From: Candidatus Spongiisociaceae bacterium
GTDB taxonomy: Bacteria > Actinomycetota > Acidimicrobiia > Spongiisociales > Spongiisociaceae
Direction: 5' to 3'
DNA length: 64,000 nt
Assembly: GCA_965219685.1 (NCBI GenBank)
Contig: CBDCOH010000002.1
Span: forward strand, 3,968,001 to 4,032,000
Below are positions 38,746 through 47,735 of the stretch, piece after piece; position 1 is the stretch's first letter, and each line of letters opens with the position of its first letter. The notes under the pieces were generated by a model. The model was not told the origin of the DNA, did not search any database, and worked only from the letters and a program-made list of their open reading frames with translations. The translations under genes and the position numbers were made by a program.

Positions 38746-39210
38746 TCAGTCGACTTCCATGTGGCCGAGTTGGCGGTAGATCGAGGCGCTGTTCCAGTAG
38801 GCGGTCAGGCTCTCGATCTTGCCACCGTCATTGACATCGAAAACGAACGCGTGGGGTTCCCAGTACTTCATCCCCTTCGGGGCGATCGGTCCCCATGCCT
38901 TTTCCTGGCAGCCGCCGATGCTCACCACCACGGCGACCTTTCCGTCCTCGGAGGCGGTGATGGAGTGGACCTCGTTGGACAGGTCCGGGAAGGAGTTGAT
39001 AAGTCCCTCCCACATGGGCCGACCCAGCGTGGCCACCTTGCCGTCGCCCCTGATGACCCGTTGCTTGGTCCAGATCTCGAATGGGACGTACGAGAAGTCG
39101 GCGTTGTCTGTGCATAGGTCGACCATCGCCAGCGTGTCGTGGCGGCGGTAGGCGTCGAAGAAGGCCTCCACCGTGGTGGTGGGATCGGCCTTCGTAGCAG
39201 TAGTTGTCAC
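38746..39210 (-). CDS. SnoaL/NTF2-like protein
   Basis: VEAFFDAYRRHD, SFPDL, FVFDV..GKI....AYWN; GTG start after AAGGAG. Confidence 0.9.
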   Translation of the reverse strand: MTTTATKADPTTTVEAFFDAYRRHDTLAMVDLCTDNADFSYVPFEIWTKQRVIRGDGKVATLGRPMWEGLINSFPDLSNEVHSITASEDGKVAVVVSIGGCQEKAWGPIAPKGMKYWEPHAFVFDVNDGGKIESLTAYWNSASIYRQLGHMEVD

Positions 39211-39224
39211 GATTTCTCTCCTTC

Positions 39225-39644
39225 CTAAACGATCGACACCGCGTCGAGGCGCTTGACCGCCAGCCTGCGGTAGAGAACGTTCTGATCCCAGAATCCCCGG
39301 ATCGAGGAAATACGTCCGTCGGATGTGCCCAGTAGCCACACCTGATCGAGGTCGATGTGTTTCTCCTGGTTGACGACACCCAGGTACTCGGCCGCCTGGG
39401 TTCCCTCCATCTTCATCTCGGTCACCGCGGTTCCGTCGGTTCCGATGAAGTGGTTCTTGGTGGTCAGCAGCAGATCCGGGAAGGCAGTGACCGTGGCTGC
39501 GAAGAAGCCCCTGGCCTCGTCCTTGCCTCCGTCGACGTTGGCCGGGAGCACGTCGATGGTCGCGTCATCGGCGACCAGGTCCATCGCGCCGTCCACGTCA
39601 CCGGCCCGGATCGCATCCCAGAAGTCAGCAGCTGTGTCGGACAT
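39225..39644 (-). CDS. SnoaL/NTF2-like protein (ester cyclase family)
   Basis: FWDAIRAGDVD, AFPDL, MEGT, DGRI....FWD. Confidence 0.9.
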   Translation of the reverse strand: MSDTAADFWDAIRAGDVDGAMDLVADDATIDVLPANVDGGKDEARGFFAATVTAFPDLLLTTKNHFIGTDGTAVTEMKMEGTQAAEYLGVVNQEKHIDLDQVWLLGTSDGRISSIRGFWDQNVLYRRLAVKRLDAVSIV

Positions 39645-39659
39645 CGGTATCACCACCCG

Positions 39660-40679
39660 TCACAGTACATCGAGGCTCTTGAGAACCGCGTCGGCCACCG
39701 CGTCGGCTGAACCCGGGTTCTGGGCGGTGATCAGGTTGCGGTCCACCACCACATGGGATGCCCAGGCGTTGCGCCCGTCGTCGAACACCGCTCCGGCGTT
39801 GCGCAGGGCGCTCTCCAGGTACCAGGAGAGACCTTGCTGACCGGGCCGGGTCTGGTCCTCCTCCTCGTCGGTGAAGGACGTCACCCGGTAGCCGTCGAAC
39901 AGCCACTGGCCGTCCATGTTGGCGGGTGCGGAAAGCAGGAAGGCAGGGCCGTGGCACACCGAGGCTATGGCGGCCTGCTTCTCGTGGAGGATGCCTATCA
40001 CCCGGGTCACGTCGGGGTTGTCGGCCATGTCCACCATGGGTCCGTGGCCACCCGGTACGAACACCGCGTCGAACTCGGCGATCTCCTCGTCCGTCATGGC
40101 CGAGAGGTTGGCCGGCGAGACGAAGTCGGGGAGCGCGTCGAGGGCGTCCTTGACACGCTGCGACTCGGCGCCGCTGTCTGCGATCACCTCGGAAAGGGCC
40201 GCCTCGAGCTCGGTCCGCGTGACAGATCCGGGGAGGTCCTGGGTCTCGAGTTCGTCGAGGAACTGGGTGTCGTTCCGCCAGGAGACGGAGGCGGCGCTCG
40301 AGATGAGCTTGCGGGCCTCGATCGGGCTCAGGCCGGCTTCCTTGAGCCGGTTGAACACCCGGAGCGCGGAGATCATGCCCAACTCCGTCAGGTGGTGGAG
40401 GGTCAGGCGGATGTCGTCCACGTCATGGGCGAAGGTCCGGGTGATGCTGTTGAGGAAGTCCTCGTCGTCATCCGGATAGTGGAAGATCTCCTCGAGCCCG
40501 TACGGGTCGGCGTAGGGGGAGCGGCCGTCCGGCGTGGCGACCACCACATCCACCCCCGCCTCGATGAAGCGCTCGTAGGGAGTGAGCGCCTCGTCGGCGA
40601 AGTAACCGGTCTCGTAGTCGGATCCGTCCGCGAGCTGCATCTCCCGCGCGCTCGACACTAGGAACAACAATCGTGGCAT
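39660..40679 (-). CDS. DJ-1/PfpI (Hsp31-like) protein with a ~100-aa insertion
   Basis: TGYFADEALTP, VPGGHGPMVD, ASVCHGP, VTSFTDEEE, LITAQNPGS. Confidence 0.94.
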   Translation of the reverse strand: MPRLLFLVSSAREMQLADGSDYETGYFADEALTPYERFIEAGVDVVVATPDGRSPYADPYGLEEIFHYPDDDEDFLNSITRTFAHDVDDIRLTLHHLTELGMISALRVFNRLKEAGLSPIEARKLISSAASVSWRNDTQFLDELETQDLPGSVTRTELEAALSEVIADSGAESQRVKDALDALPDFVSPANLSAMTDEEIAEFDAVFVPGGHGPMVDMADNPDVTRVIGILHEKQAAIASVCHGPAFLLSAPANMDGQWLFDGYRVTSFTDEEEDQTRPGQQGLSWYLESALRNAGAVFDDGRNAWASHVVVDRNLITAQNPGSADAVADAVLKSLDVL

Positions 40680-41281
40680 GGCAGGCCTTCCTTCCGCTGC
40701 TACACCGGTCGGTTCGGTTACGTCTGGACAAGCTGCTGAGGTCAGCCACACCCGAAACGGCTGAGCGGGACCGGCACGGCGGAGGCTATCAGAAACCCGC
40801 CCGGACTGTCAGATTGCCGGGCCCTAAAACGCCACCGGCGGTCGATCAGCGCTACCCGCCACGACGCAGCCGATCGTGGCATGGGGAACCTCCCGACGAG
40901 GTGCGATGCCGGTCTTGGGGGCCGGTTGGTTTGAGACCGCAAGGAGGGGCCGGGCCGGGGGGCCTTTGCCGGCTCGGTTTGTGGAATGGCATCCTGGTCA
41001 TGTGTCTGCTGCCGGTGGCTCGCCGGTACGGAGTCCGGCTACCGCCCGGGACTAAGGTGGGATGCCCAGTGACCGGATTACGGATGCCTGCCGGAAGGCC
41101 ACATGTCGCGATTGAGGTACCGCGAAGCGTCACGCTGCTGAGACCGGTTCCCGCTTCGGTGTTGCTGGACGGGCTGGACGCTGTAGTGCGGCCGCGCGCG
41201 CTCGATCAACACGCAAGACGATTCTCGTTCCCCGCGGGAGTGCTTCGTTCCCGCCGGACACCGAGTCAAGGAGGGTAGGAG

Positions 41282-42025
41282 ATGAACCTGTCCAGGACAC
41301 TTCGTCGGGGGCTGCCGGGCATCGTTCTGATGGTGGTCGTCCTGTTCTCGGTCAACGCCTGCGGCGGGGAGCCTGCGCCGGATCCGGCCCCGGGCGTCGA
41401 CCTGGACGACGTGCTTTCCGGGGCGGGGGAGAACATGGCCGCCATGTCCACGTTGAAGTTCAACATGGTCGACGTGGAGGAGTCGGGAGCCAAATTCTTC
41501 GGGACCACCTTCAAGAGCATGGAAGCCGAGGTAGAGGCACCCGACAGCTTCAAGATGGTGGTGGACGTGGAGGCTCCGGGGTTCGGTTTCGTGGAGATCG
41601 AGATGCTGGCGGTAGGCGAGCAGGCCTTTCTGAAGTTCTCCAAGGACTCCCCATGGAACCCCCTCCCACCAGAGGAGGTGCCCTTCAACTTCGCAGGTTT
41701 GGGCCTGACCCTGCGGGATCTGCTCACCACCATCAGGGACGGCGCCGTCGTCACGGGCCGCGAGTCCTTGGGAGGCGTCGAGGCCATCGTGGTCGAGGCA
41801 GAGCTCTCGTCTGACGAGTTGCTGTCCCTCATCACCACCGCGGACCCCGGTCATGACGTGGACCTGACCTTGTGGATCGACGAAGCCGAGCACAACCTGC
41901 TCCGGCTGAGGATTGCGGGCCGGATCTACGACGACGACGCCCCGGAGACCGTCCGTCTTCTGAACATCGTGGGCATTGACGTTCCGGTGGACATCCAGAT
42001 CCCGGACGTCGGATCCGGGTCGTGA
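41282..42025 (+). CDS. LppX/LprAFG-family lipoprotein
   Basis: Lipobox VNAC; LolA-like pattern ...TLWIDE...L.RLRI.G...PVDIQIP; coupled to an MFS gene. Confidence 0.8.
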   Translation: MNLSRTLRRGLPGIVLMVVVLFSVNACGGEPAPDPAPGVDLDDVLSGAGENMAAMSTLKFNMVDVEESGAKFFGTTFKSMEAEVEAPDSFKMVVDVEAPGFGFVEIEMLAVGEQAFLKFSKDSPWNPLPPEEVPFNFAGLGLTLRDLLTTIRDGAVVTGRESLGGVEAIVVEAELSSDELLSLITTADPGHDVDLTLWIDEAEHNLLRLRIAGRIYDDDAPETVRLLNIVGIDVPVDIQIPDVGSGS

Positions 42026-43497
42026 CCGGACTCAGGAACCGAGTCTCCTCACTGGGTTCTTCCGAATCGGTCGTGCTGGCCATCCTCTGCCTGGGGGTGT
42101 TCTCCACCGCCCTGGACCAGACCGTGGTGGTCGCCGCACTGCCCGGCGTGATGCTGGACCTGGAAATCCCGCTGACGGAGCTGGACAGGGCGTCCTGGAT
42201 CGTCACCGCCTACCTGGTCGCCTACACCGTGGCGATGCCTCTGGGGGGGCGCCTGTCCGACGTCCACGGCCGAGTCAGGATGTTCCAGGCGGCCTTGGTG
42301 GTGTTCTCCGTCGGGTCGGCGTTCGTGGCGCTGGCGCCGAACTTCGGTTGGATCGTCTCCGCCCGGGTGGTCCAGGCAATCGGGGGCGGCGCCACCGTCC
42401 CCATAGGCCTGGCGATGGCGGTGGCGGCCGTGTCAGCCCGGAGAAGGGGGATCGCCATCGGCCTGGTGGCTGCGGCGGCCGAGGCCGGGTCCGTCCTGGG
42501 CCCGCTCTACGGGGGCGCCATCATCGAGTTGCTCGGCTGGCGGTGGATCTTCTGGCTGGACATACCACAGAGCTTCATTCTCATCGCACTCCTGGCCCTC
42601 CTGCCGGACCGCGCCAACCCGGAGGCCAAGATGGACTACCTGGGGGCGATGGTGATGGGAGGAGCACTGATCTTCCTGACCGCCGGGCTGTCGCAGAGAA
42701 GCCTCTTCTCGGCGACGTCGGTCTACCCGTACCTGCTGGTTGCGACGGGAGCGCTGCTGGTCGGCGTGCTGGTACGGCTGGAGCGGCGGACGACGCAGCC
42801 TCTACTGGCGCCATTCCTGTACAGGTCGAGGGCGTTCCTCTCCTCCAACGGCACCCAGGTCCTGGTGGGAGTGGCCTTGATCATCGCCCTCGTCTCGGTG
42901 CCTCTGATGGCCGGCACGGTCCAGGAGAAGTCGGCCCTGGAGAGCGTGCTACAACTGCTGCGCCTGACCGCCGCCATTCCCGTGGGGGCGGTGGCGGGAG
43001 GCTATGTCCTTCGCTGGGCCGGCGTGCGGTCGGTGTGCATCACGGGCCTGGTGTTGATGGGAACGGGCCTCCTGTTCATGAGCACCTGGCAGACACAGGT
43101 TGCGGAGCCGAGGCTGACCCTGCCGTTGATATCGGCGGGTCTGGGGTTCGGGCTGGTCATACCCCCTATCGGCGTCAGCGCTCTGAGCGCGTCCCCCAGC
43201 AGCTATTGGGGCGCGGCGGCGTCATTGGTCACGGCGGCGCGCATGGTGGGGATGGCGTTGGGCCTCGCCGCCCTGTCCGCCTGGGGCATCGAGCGCTTCT
43301 ACAGCCTCACTGCGGACGTGGGCCTCGGCCCGTCGTTCGAAGAGACCGAGGCCGTCTTGATCGGAGCCGGCGTCACCGTGTTCCAGAACCTCTTCATGAT
43401 CACGGGTCTGCTTTCCCTCCTGGCCATCCTGCCTGCCCTGCTGATGAGAGAGGAAGAGGTGGAAGAAGGTAGCTACAGCGACGAGCCGGGCGCGTGA
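42022..43497 (+). CDS. 14-TM MFS transporter (P55/Rv1410c-like)
   Basis: ALDQTVVV, WIVTAYLVAY, GRLSDVHGR, ARVVQAIGGGA, ARMVGM. Confidence 0.93.
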   Translation: MTGLRNRVSSLGSSESVVLAILCLGVFSTALDQTVVVAALPGVMLDLEIPLTELDRASWIVTAYLVAYTVAMPLGGRLSDVHGRVRMFQAALVVFSVGSAFVALAPNFGWIVSARVVQAIGGGATVPIGLAMAVAAVSARRRGIAIGLVAAAAEAGSVLGPLYGGAIIELLGWRWIFWLDIPQSFILIALLALLPDRANPEAKMDYLGAMVMGGALIFLTAGLSQRSLFSATSVYPYLLVATGALLVGVLVRLERRTTQPLLAPFLYRSRAFLSSNGTQVLVGVALIIALVSVPLMAGTVQEKSALESVLQLLRLTAAIPVGAVAGGYVLRWAGVRSVCITGLVLMGTGLLFMSTWQTQVAEPRLTLPLISAGLGFGLVIPPIGVSALSASPSSYWGAAASLVTAARMVGMALGLAALSAWGIERFYSLTADVGLGPSFEETEAVLIGAGVTVFQNLFMITGLLSLLAILPALLMREEEVEEGSYSDEPGA

Positions 43498-43654
43498 CCC
43501 GAGTTCTCATCGCCCGAGCGGGAGCCACGCGACCGGCCGGTCCCGGGGCTCTACACCCGCCGCGAAGAGCCGCTTCAGGTGTTGAAACCCCCATCCCCCG
43601 TTAGTACGCTGAGAGCAGAACTCACCGCAGGGACCGAGGATCGGAGCCATTGTT

Positions 43655-44032
43655 ATGAGACGGCTGAACGTGACCTTGCTGGCTGTTCTACTACTAGCGG
43701 CTTGTGGTGGACAGTCCGAGGAGGAGGCTCAGGCGGAGGCTATAGCCTCGAGGACGCCCCGAGGCACCGAGGACGCCCAGGCGGCCTTCGACAACTTCAT
43801 GGATCAGCCGTTCATCACCGACGAGCAGGTAGAGCAAAGCAGAGACCTGGTTTGGCGCGCCTGCGCCGCCCTGCAGGAAGGTGCCACCTGGCAGCAGGTC
43901 GAGGATCAGGAACTGGCCGCCATCGAGGCGCAGGGCAGAGCCTTGAGCCCCATAGAGATAAGCGGGATGCGTACCGCCGCCGGTCTCGGTCTAGCCGCCT
44001 ACTGCCCCCAGCATGAGGACAAAGCCCCGTAG
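43655..44032 (+). CDS. Small lipoprotein (DUF732-like)
   Basis: Lipobox LAAC; RACAAL...AAYCPQH. Confidence 0.75.
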   Translation: MRRLNVTLLAVLLLAACGGQSEEEAQAEAIASRTPRGTEDAQAAFDNFMDQPFITDEQVEQSRDLVWRACAALQEGATWQQVEDQELAAIEAQGRALSPIEISGMRTAAGLGLAAYCPQHEDKAP

Positions 44033-44036
44033 GCTG

Positions 44037-44127
44037 GTGAGTGGTGAGTGGTGAGTGGTGAGTGGTGAGTGGTGAATGGTGAAGTAGCAATCCCATAGGT
44101 TGACATCCCCTAACACCGAACACCTAG
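44037..44127. repeat. Heptamer array (GTGAGTG)5(GTGAATG) facing a short C(T/G)AACAC array
   Basis: Direct reading between convergent genes. Confidence 0.93.
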
Positions 44128-46164
44128 TCACCTCCAGGCCTCGAGTTCGCCTGCGCCTATATGGCGGTCTTCGAGCGACCCGAGTTCGCGACCGGCGACG
44201 AAGCCTTCGTAGATGGCGTGGTCGAGTGAGCGGGGCGCCACGCAGTCCCCGATCCTGCGCAGGCGCGCCGTCCGTCCCTTGAGTTCCTTGTAGAGACTGT
44301 CGTCGGCGACTCGACCCGTGACGAGCACCACGGTGTCGACGTCTCGAATCACCCGACGCTTCCCGGAGTACAGGTTGTACACCGACATTGAGTCGGGGGT
44401 GATCTCCGACACCCATGAGTTGAGGTGGTACCCGAGGCCCTTCGAGAACAGCCGCTGGTATACGAACGTGCGGTCGAGGGTGGTGACGGTTGCCGGGAAG
44501 AGGTCGGCGTTCGGGCTGATCAACTCGACGTGGGCGCCCCGATCGAGCAGTACCTCGGTGGTGCCGGCGGCGTAGCGGGACCCGTCTCCGTCCAGGACCA
44601 CGACCCGGTCCCCGGCTGGTCGTCCCTCGCCGAGGATTTCCCATGGCGTGACGACATGGGGGAGTTCCACGCCGGGAATCCGGCGTGTCAGAGGGGCTGC
44701 ATGGGAATACCCATCCCGTCCGGGCAGGGCTCCGGTGGCTATGACCACGCCGTGGGGGTCGTGCTGGTCCACCGTCTCGATGGTTGCTCTGGCACCGAGC
44801 CGGATCTCGACACCGAGCCGGCCGAGTTGGTTCCGCAGGTCGGTGACGAGCAACCCGAACGTATCCCGGCCCGGGGTCCGCATCGCCAGGTTCACCTGCC
44901 CTCCCAACCGGTCGGCGGCCTCGACGAGCGTTACCTCGTGGCCGGAGCGGGCCAGGCCTTCGGCGGCCTTCATTCCCGCCGGGCCACCTCCGACGACCAG
45001 CCAGCGGCGCCCCGTGCCGGTCGTCGCCACCCGGGGGCTCCCGAAACGGCCTTCCCGGCCGGTGGCCGGGTTGACGGTGCATCCGACCGCGAGGCCGCGG
45101 AAGACACGGGAGATACATCCCTGGTTGGCTCGGATGCAGTGGTACACCTCGTCCTCCCGCCCCTGCCGGACCTTGTCGGGGAACTCCGGGTCGGCGATCA
45201 TGGTCCGGGTCATCGCCACCATGTCGGCCTGGCCACTCCTTACGATCTCGTCAGCTTCGGCCGGATCGTTGAGGCCTCCGATCACGAAAGTGACCAGCCC
45301 GGGAACAGCCGCCTTGACCTCGGCGGCCATCCCCACCATGTGACCGCTCGGTACGTCGGACGGAGCGATCTCGAGACCCTTGTTGAACCCCGCGGCCGAC
45401 AGGCTCACGTAGTCCACCTGCCCGCTCTCCGCCATCGCGTCAACGACAACGATCGTGTCGGCGAGGTCGTGAGCCCCCGCGAGGAAGTCGGTCATGCCGA
45501 GCCGCACCCCGACGACGAAGTCGTGGCCCACCGCTGCCCGCACCGCATCGACGATCCTCATCGGAAGCCGGATGCGGTTCCCGATGGGACCTCCGTAGCC
45601 GTCCGTCCTCCGGTTGAACATCGAGGAGAGGAACTGGTGGATCAGGTAGCTGTGGGCGAAGTGGAGTTCCACGCCCTGGTAACCGCCCTCCCGGATGATC
45701 TCGGCCGACCATCGGTATGACTCGATCAACTCCTCGATGTCCTCGGGTTCCATCTCCTTGGCGATCTCGGACGGATGGGGAGACGGTATGGGTGACGGGC
45801 TCCACAGGACACGGGGGTCGTCGTTGGCGTCACTGGGCATCATCATGCCCACGTGGGCGAGCTGTCCGTATATGACGGCGCCGTGTTCCCTCACGGCCGT
45901 GGTGAGCCGCCGATCGTAGGGGATCCCTTCCCGCAGGTAGGCGAGAGTGGCGCCCCGCTGCGCCCCGGTGGGATGGACCGGGCGGCTTCCGGTGATCATC
46001 AGGCCGACCCCGCCCGCCGCCCTGGCCACCTTGTAGTCGTAGTCCCGCTGGGAGACGAGATTCCGGACCGAATATGCTTTGCCGTGAGCCGTCTGCATGA
46101 GGCGGTTGCGAACCGTCGTGTTGCCTATCTCGAGAGGGCTGAAGAGGTGCGGGTACCTGGACAT
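44128..46164 (-). CDS. NADH:flavin oxidoreductase (OYE/FadH/TMADH type, FMN + 4Fe-4S + FAD domains)
   Basis: RAAGGVGLMI, GVELHFAHSYLIHQFLS...N.RTDGYGG, CIRANQGC...CTVNP, GGGPAG. Confidence 0.96.
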   Translation of the reverse strand: MSRYPHLFSPLEIGNTTVRNRLMQTAHGKAYSVRNLVSQRDYDYKVARAAGGVGLMITGSRPVHPTGAQRGATLAYLREGIPYDRRLTTAVREHGAVIYGQLAHVGMMMPSDANDDPRVLWSPSPIPSPHPSEIAKEMEPEDIEELIESYRWSAEIIREGGYQGVELHFAHSYLIHQFLSSMFNRRTDGYGGPIGNRIRLPMRIVDAVRAAVGHDFVVGVRLGMTDFLAGAHDLADTIVVVDAMAESGQVDYVSLSAAGFNKGLEIAPSDVPSGHMVGMAAEVKAAVPGLVTFVIGGLNDPAEADEIVRSGQADMVAMTRTMIADPEFPDKVRQGREDEVYHCIRANQGCISRVFRGLAVGCTVNPATGREGRFGSPRVATTGTGRRWLVVGGGPAGMKAAEGLARSGHEVTLVEAADRLGGQVNLAMRTPGRDTFGLLVTDLRNQLGRLGVEIRLGARATIETVDQHDPHGVVIATGALPGRDGYSHAAPLTRRIPGVELPHVVTPWEILGEGRPAGDRVVVLDGDGSRYAAGTTEVLLDRGAHVELISPNADLFPATVTTLDRTFVYQRLFSKGLGYHLNSWVSEITPDSMSVYNLYSGKRRVIRDVDTVVLVTGRVADDSLYKELKGRTARLRRIGDCVAPRSLDHAIYEGFVAGRELGSLEDRHIGAGELEAWR

Positions 46165-46241
46165 GAATCCTCCCGTCAGGTGGCTGGCGCGCGTGCCTGC
46201 CCGGAAGCCTACCGAGGCCCGTACGCGGTCTCCCGGCCGGT

Positions 46242-47675
46242 GTGAGCACTGTGCGCCGGTTTGCCTGCGACGTCCTCGTGGCCGGGTCCGGCATCGGCGG
46301 GATGAGCGCCGCGGTCACGGCTGCCCGGGCGGGCGCGGAAGTGGTGGTCGTGGAGAAGGACCGCCGCATCGGAGGCAACGCGAAGTGGGCCGGCGGCTTC
46401 GACATCGAGTCGGACACCTACGAGGGGATGCGCGCCGGCAACCCGGAGGGTGATCCCGACCTGCAGCAGGCACTTGTCGACGACTTTCCGGTCGCTCTCG
46501 ACTGGCTCCGCTCGCTGGGAGTCGAGTTGATTCCCGACGCGGATGCGCCGGGCCGCTACAACTATTTCCCGCACCAGGGGCTGGGCGGGATCCGGCTGTT
46601 CTCGGTGCTCCGCCGGCAACTCGAGGAGCACGACGGCCGCCTCCTCCTCGGGACGGGTCTCAGGAGTCTGAGAACGGATGACCGTGGCGCGGTGGTCGGA
46701 GCGGTCTGCCAGAGCGATGGCACCCCGGTGGCGGCGGAGGCGCCGGCGACGGTGCTGGCAACCGGCAGCTTCAGCCGGAATACCGACATGAGGGTCCGGT
46801 ACTTCGGCGTCTATGGCGACCGCGGCAGTTACTACGGATCCCGGCATCACGACGGGGATGGCATCCTGGCGGCGCTGGACGTGGGAGCGTCGGTCAGCAG
46901 TGGCATCTCGGTCAGCACCGGTGGTTGCGTGTTCGCCCCGCCCTTCGATCCCCCGGACGACCGGCGCGAGTTCCTCGGCGGTGGGAGCGGTCTGACGCCG
47001 GAGCAACGCCGGATGCCGGAGCCGGTGCCCTCTGGGGTCCAGAGGCTGAGCCTGCGCCCTCCCATCTGGGGTGACGAGCCGTCGATCCTCGTGAACCTCG
47101 CGGGTGATCGCTTCGTAGACGAGTCCTCCCGTTACACGGTGATCGGATGGGCCACCGGCCGCCAGCGGGAGGGAGTGGGCTTCTGCATCTTCGACCGCCC
47201 CGTTTACGAGGACTTCGGCGAGACCATCGAGGTCGCTCGCGGACTGGGCGCCCGGATACTGAGTGCCGAGACCGCAGAGGACCTGGCCTCCGGGCTCGCC
47301 GGATGGCGCAGGACCCCCTCCTACAACGAGGGTGTGAACCCTCGACGCCTCCTGCGGACGCTGGCCGAGTACAACGCCTCCGCGCGAGGGCGCAAGCTCG
47401 ATGGTCTGTGGCCGCCGCGCAGGGAGGGAGGCCGTGCCATCGACCACCCACCCTTCTACGCGGCCCCGGTGGTCCAGGGGGTGGTGGACCCGGCGGGTGG
47501 TTTGCGGATCGACGCCGGCGCCCGCGTGCTCGACCGCGGCGGGCGGCCGATCAAGGGACTCTTCGCAGCGGGCGCCGACGCCGGCAGGGCCTACACGCGC
47601 GAGCACGGCGGTCTTGCATTCGGCCTGATCTTCGGGCGTCGCGCCGGAGCCAATGCGTTTGTTGCTAGTTGCTAG
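46242..47675 (+). CDS. FAD-dependent oxidoreductase (FAD_binding_2; flavocytochrome c / ketosteroid dehydrogenase-like)
   Basis: DVLVAGSGIGG, LATGSF, GDG, GDRFVDE, GGLRID..ARVL, GLFAAG. Confidence 0.92.
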   Translation: MSTVRRFACDVLVAGSGIGGMSAAVTAARAGAEVVVVEKDRRIGGNAKWAGGFDIESDTYEGMRAGNPEGDPDLQQALVDDFPVALDWLRSLGVELIPDADAPGRYNYFPHQGLGGIRLFSVLRRQLEEHDGRLLLGTGLRSLRTDDRGAVVGAVCQSDGTPVAAEAPATVLATGSFSRNTDMRVRYFGVYGDRGSYYGSRHHDGDGILAALDVGASVSSGISVSTGGCVFAPPFDPPDDRREFLGGGSGLTPEQRRMPEPVPSGVQRLSLRPPIWGDEPSILVNLAGDRFVDESSRYTVIGWATGRQREGVGFCIFDRPVYEDFGETIEVARGLGARILSAETAEDLASGLAGWRRTPSYNEGVNPRRLLRTLAEYNASARGRKLDGLWPPRREGGRAIDHPPFYAAPVVQGVVDPAGGLRIDAGARVLDRGGRPIKGLFAAGADAGRAYTREHGGLAFGLIFGRRAGANAFVASC

Positions 47676-47735
47676 TTGCTAGTTGCCCGAAGCTATCAAC
47701 TATCAACTATCAACTACCGACTATCAACTACCGAC
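47661..47735. repeat. Head-to-head heptamer arrays (TAGTTGC)n and (CTATCAA/CTACCGA)n
   Basis: Direct reading; they supply the stop codons of both convergent genes. Confidence 0.92.
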
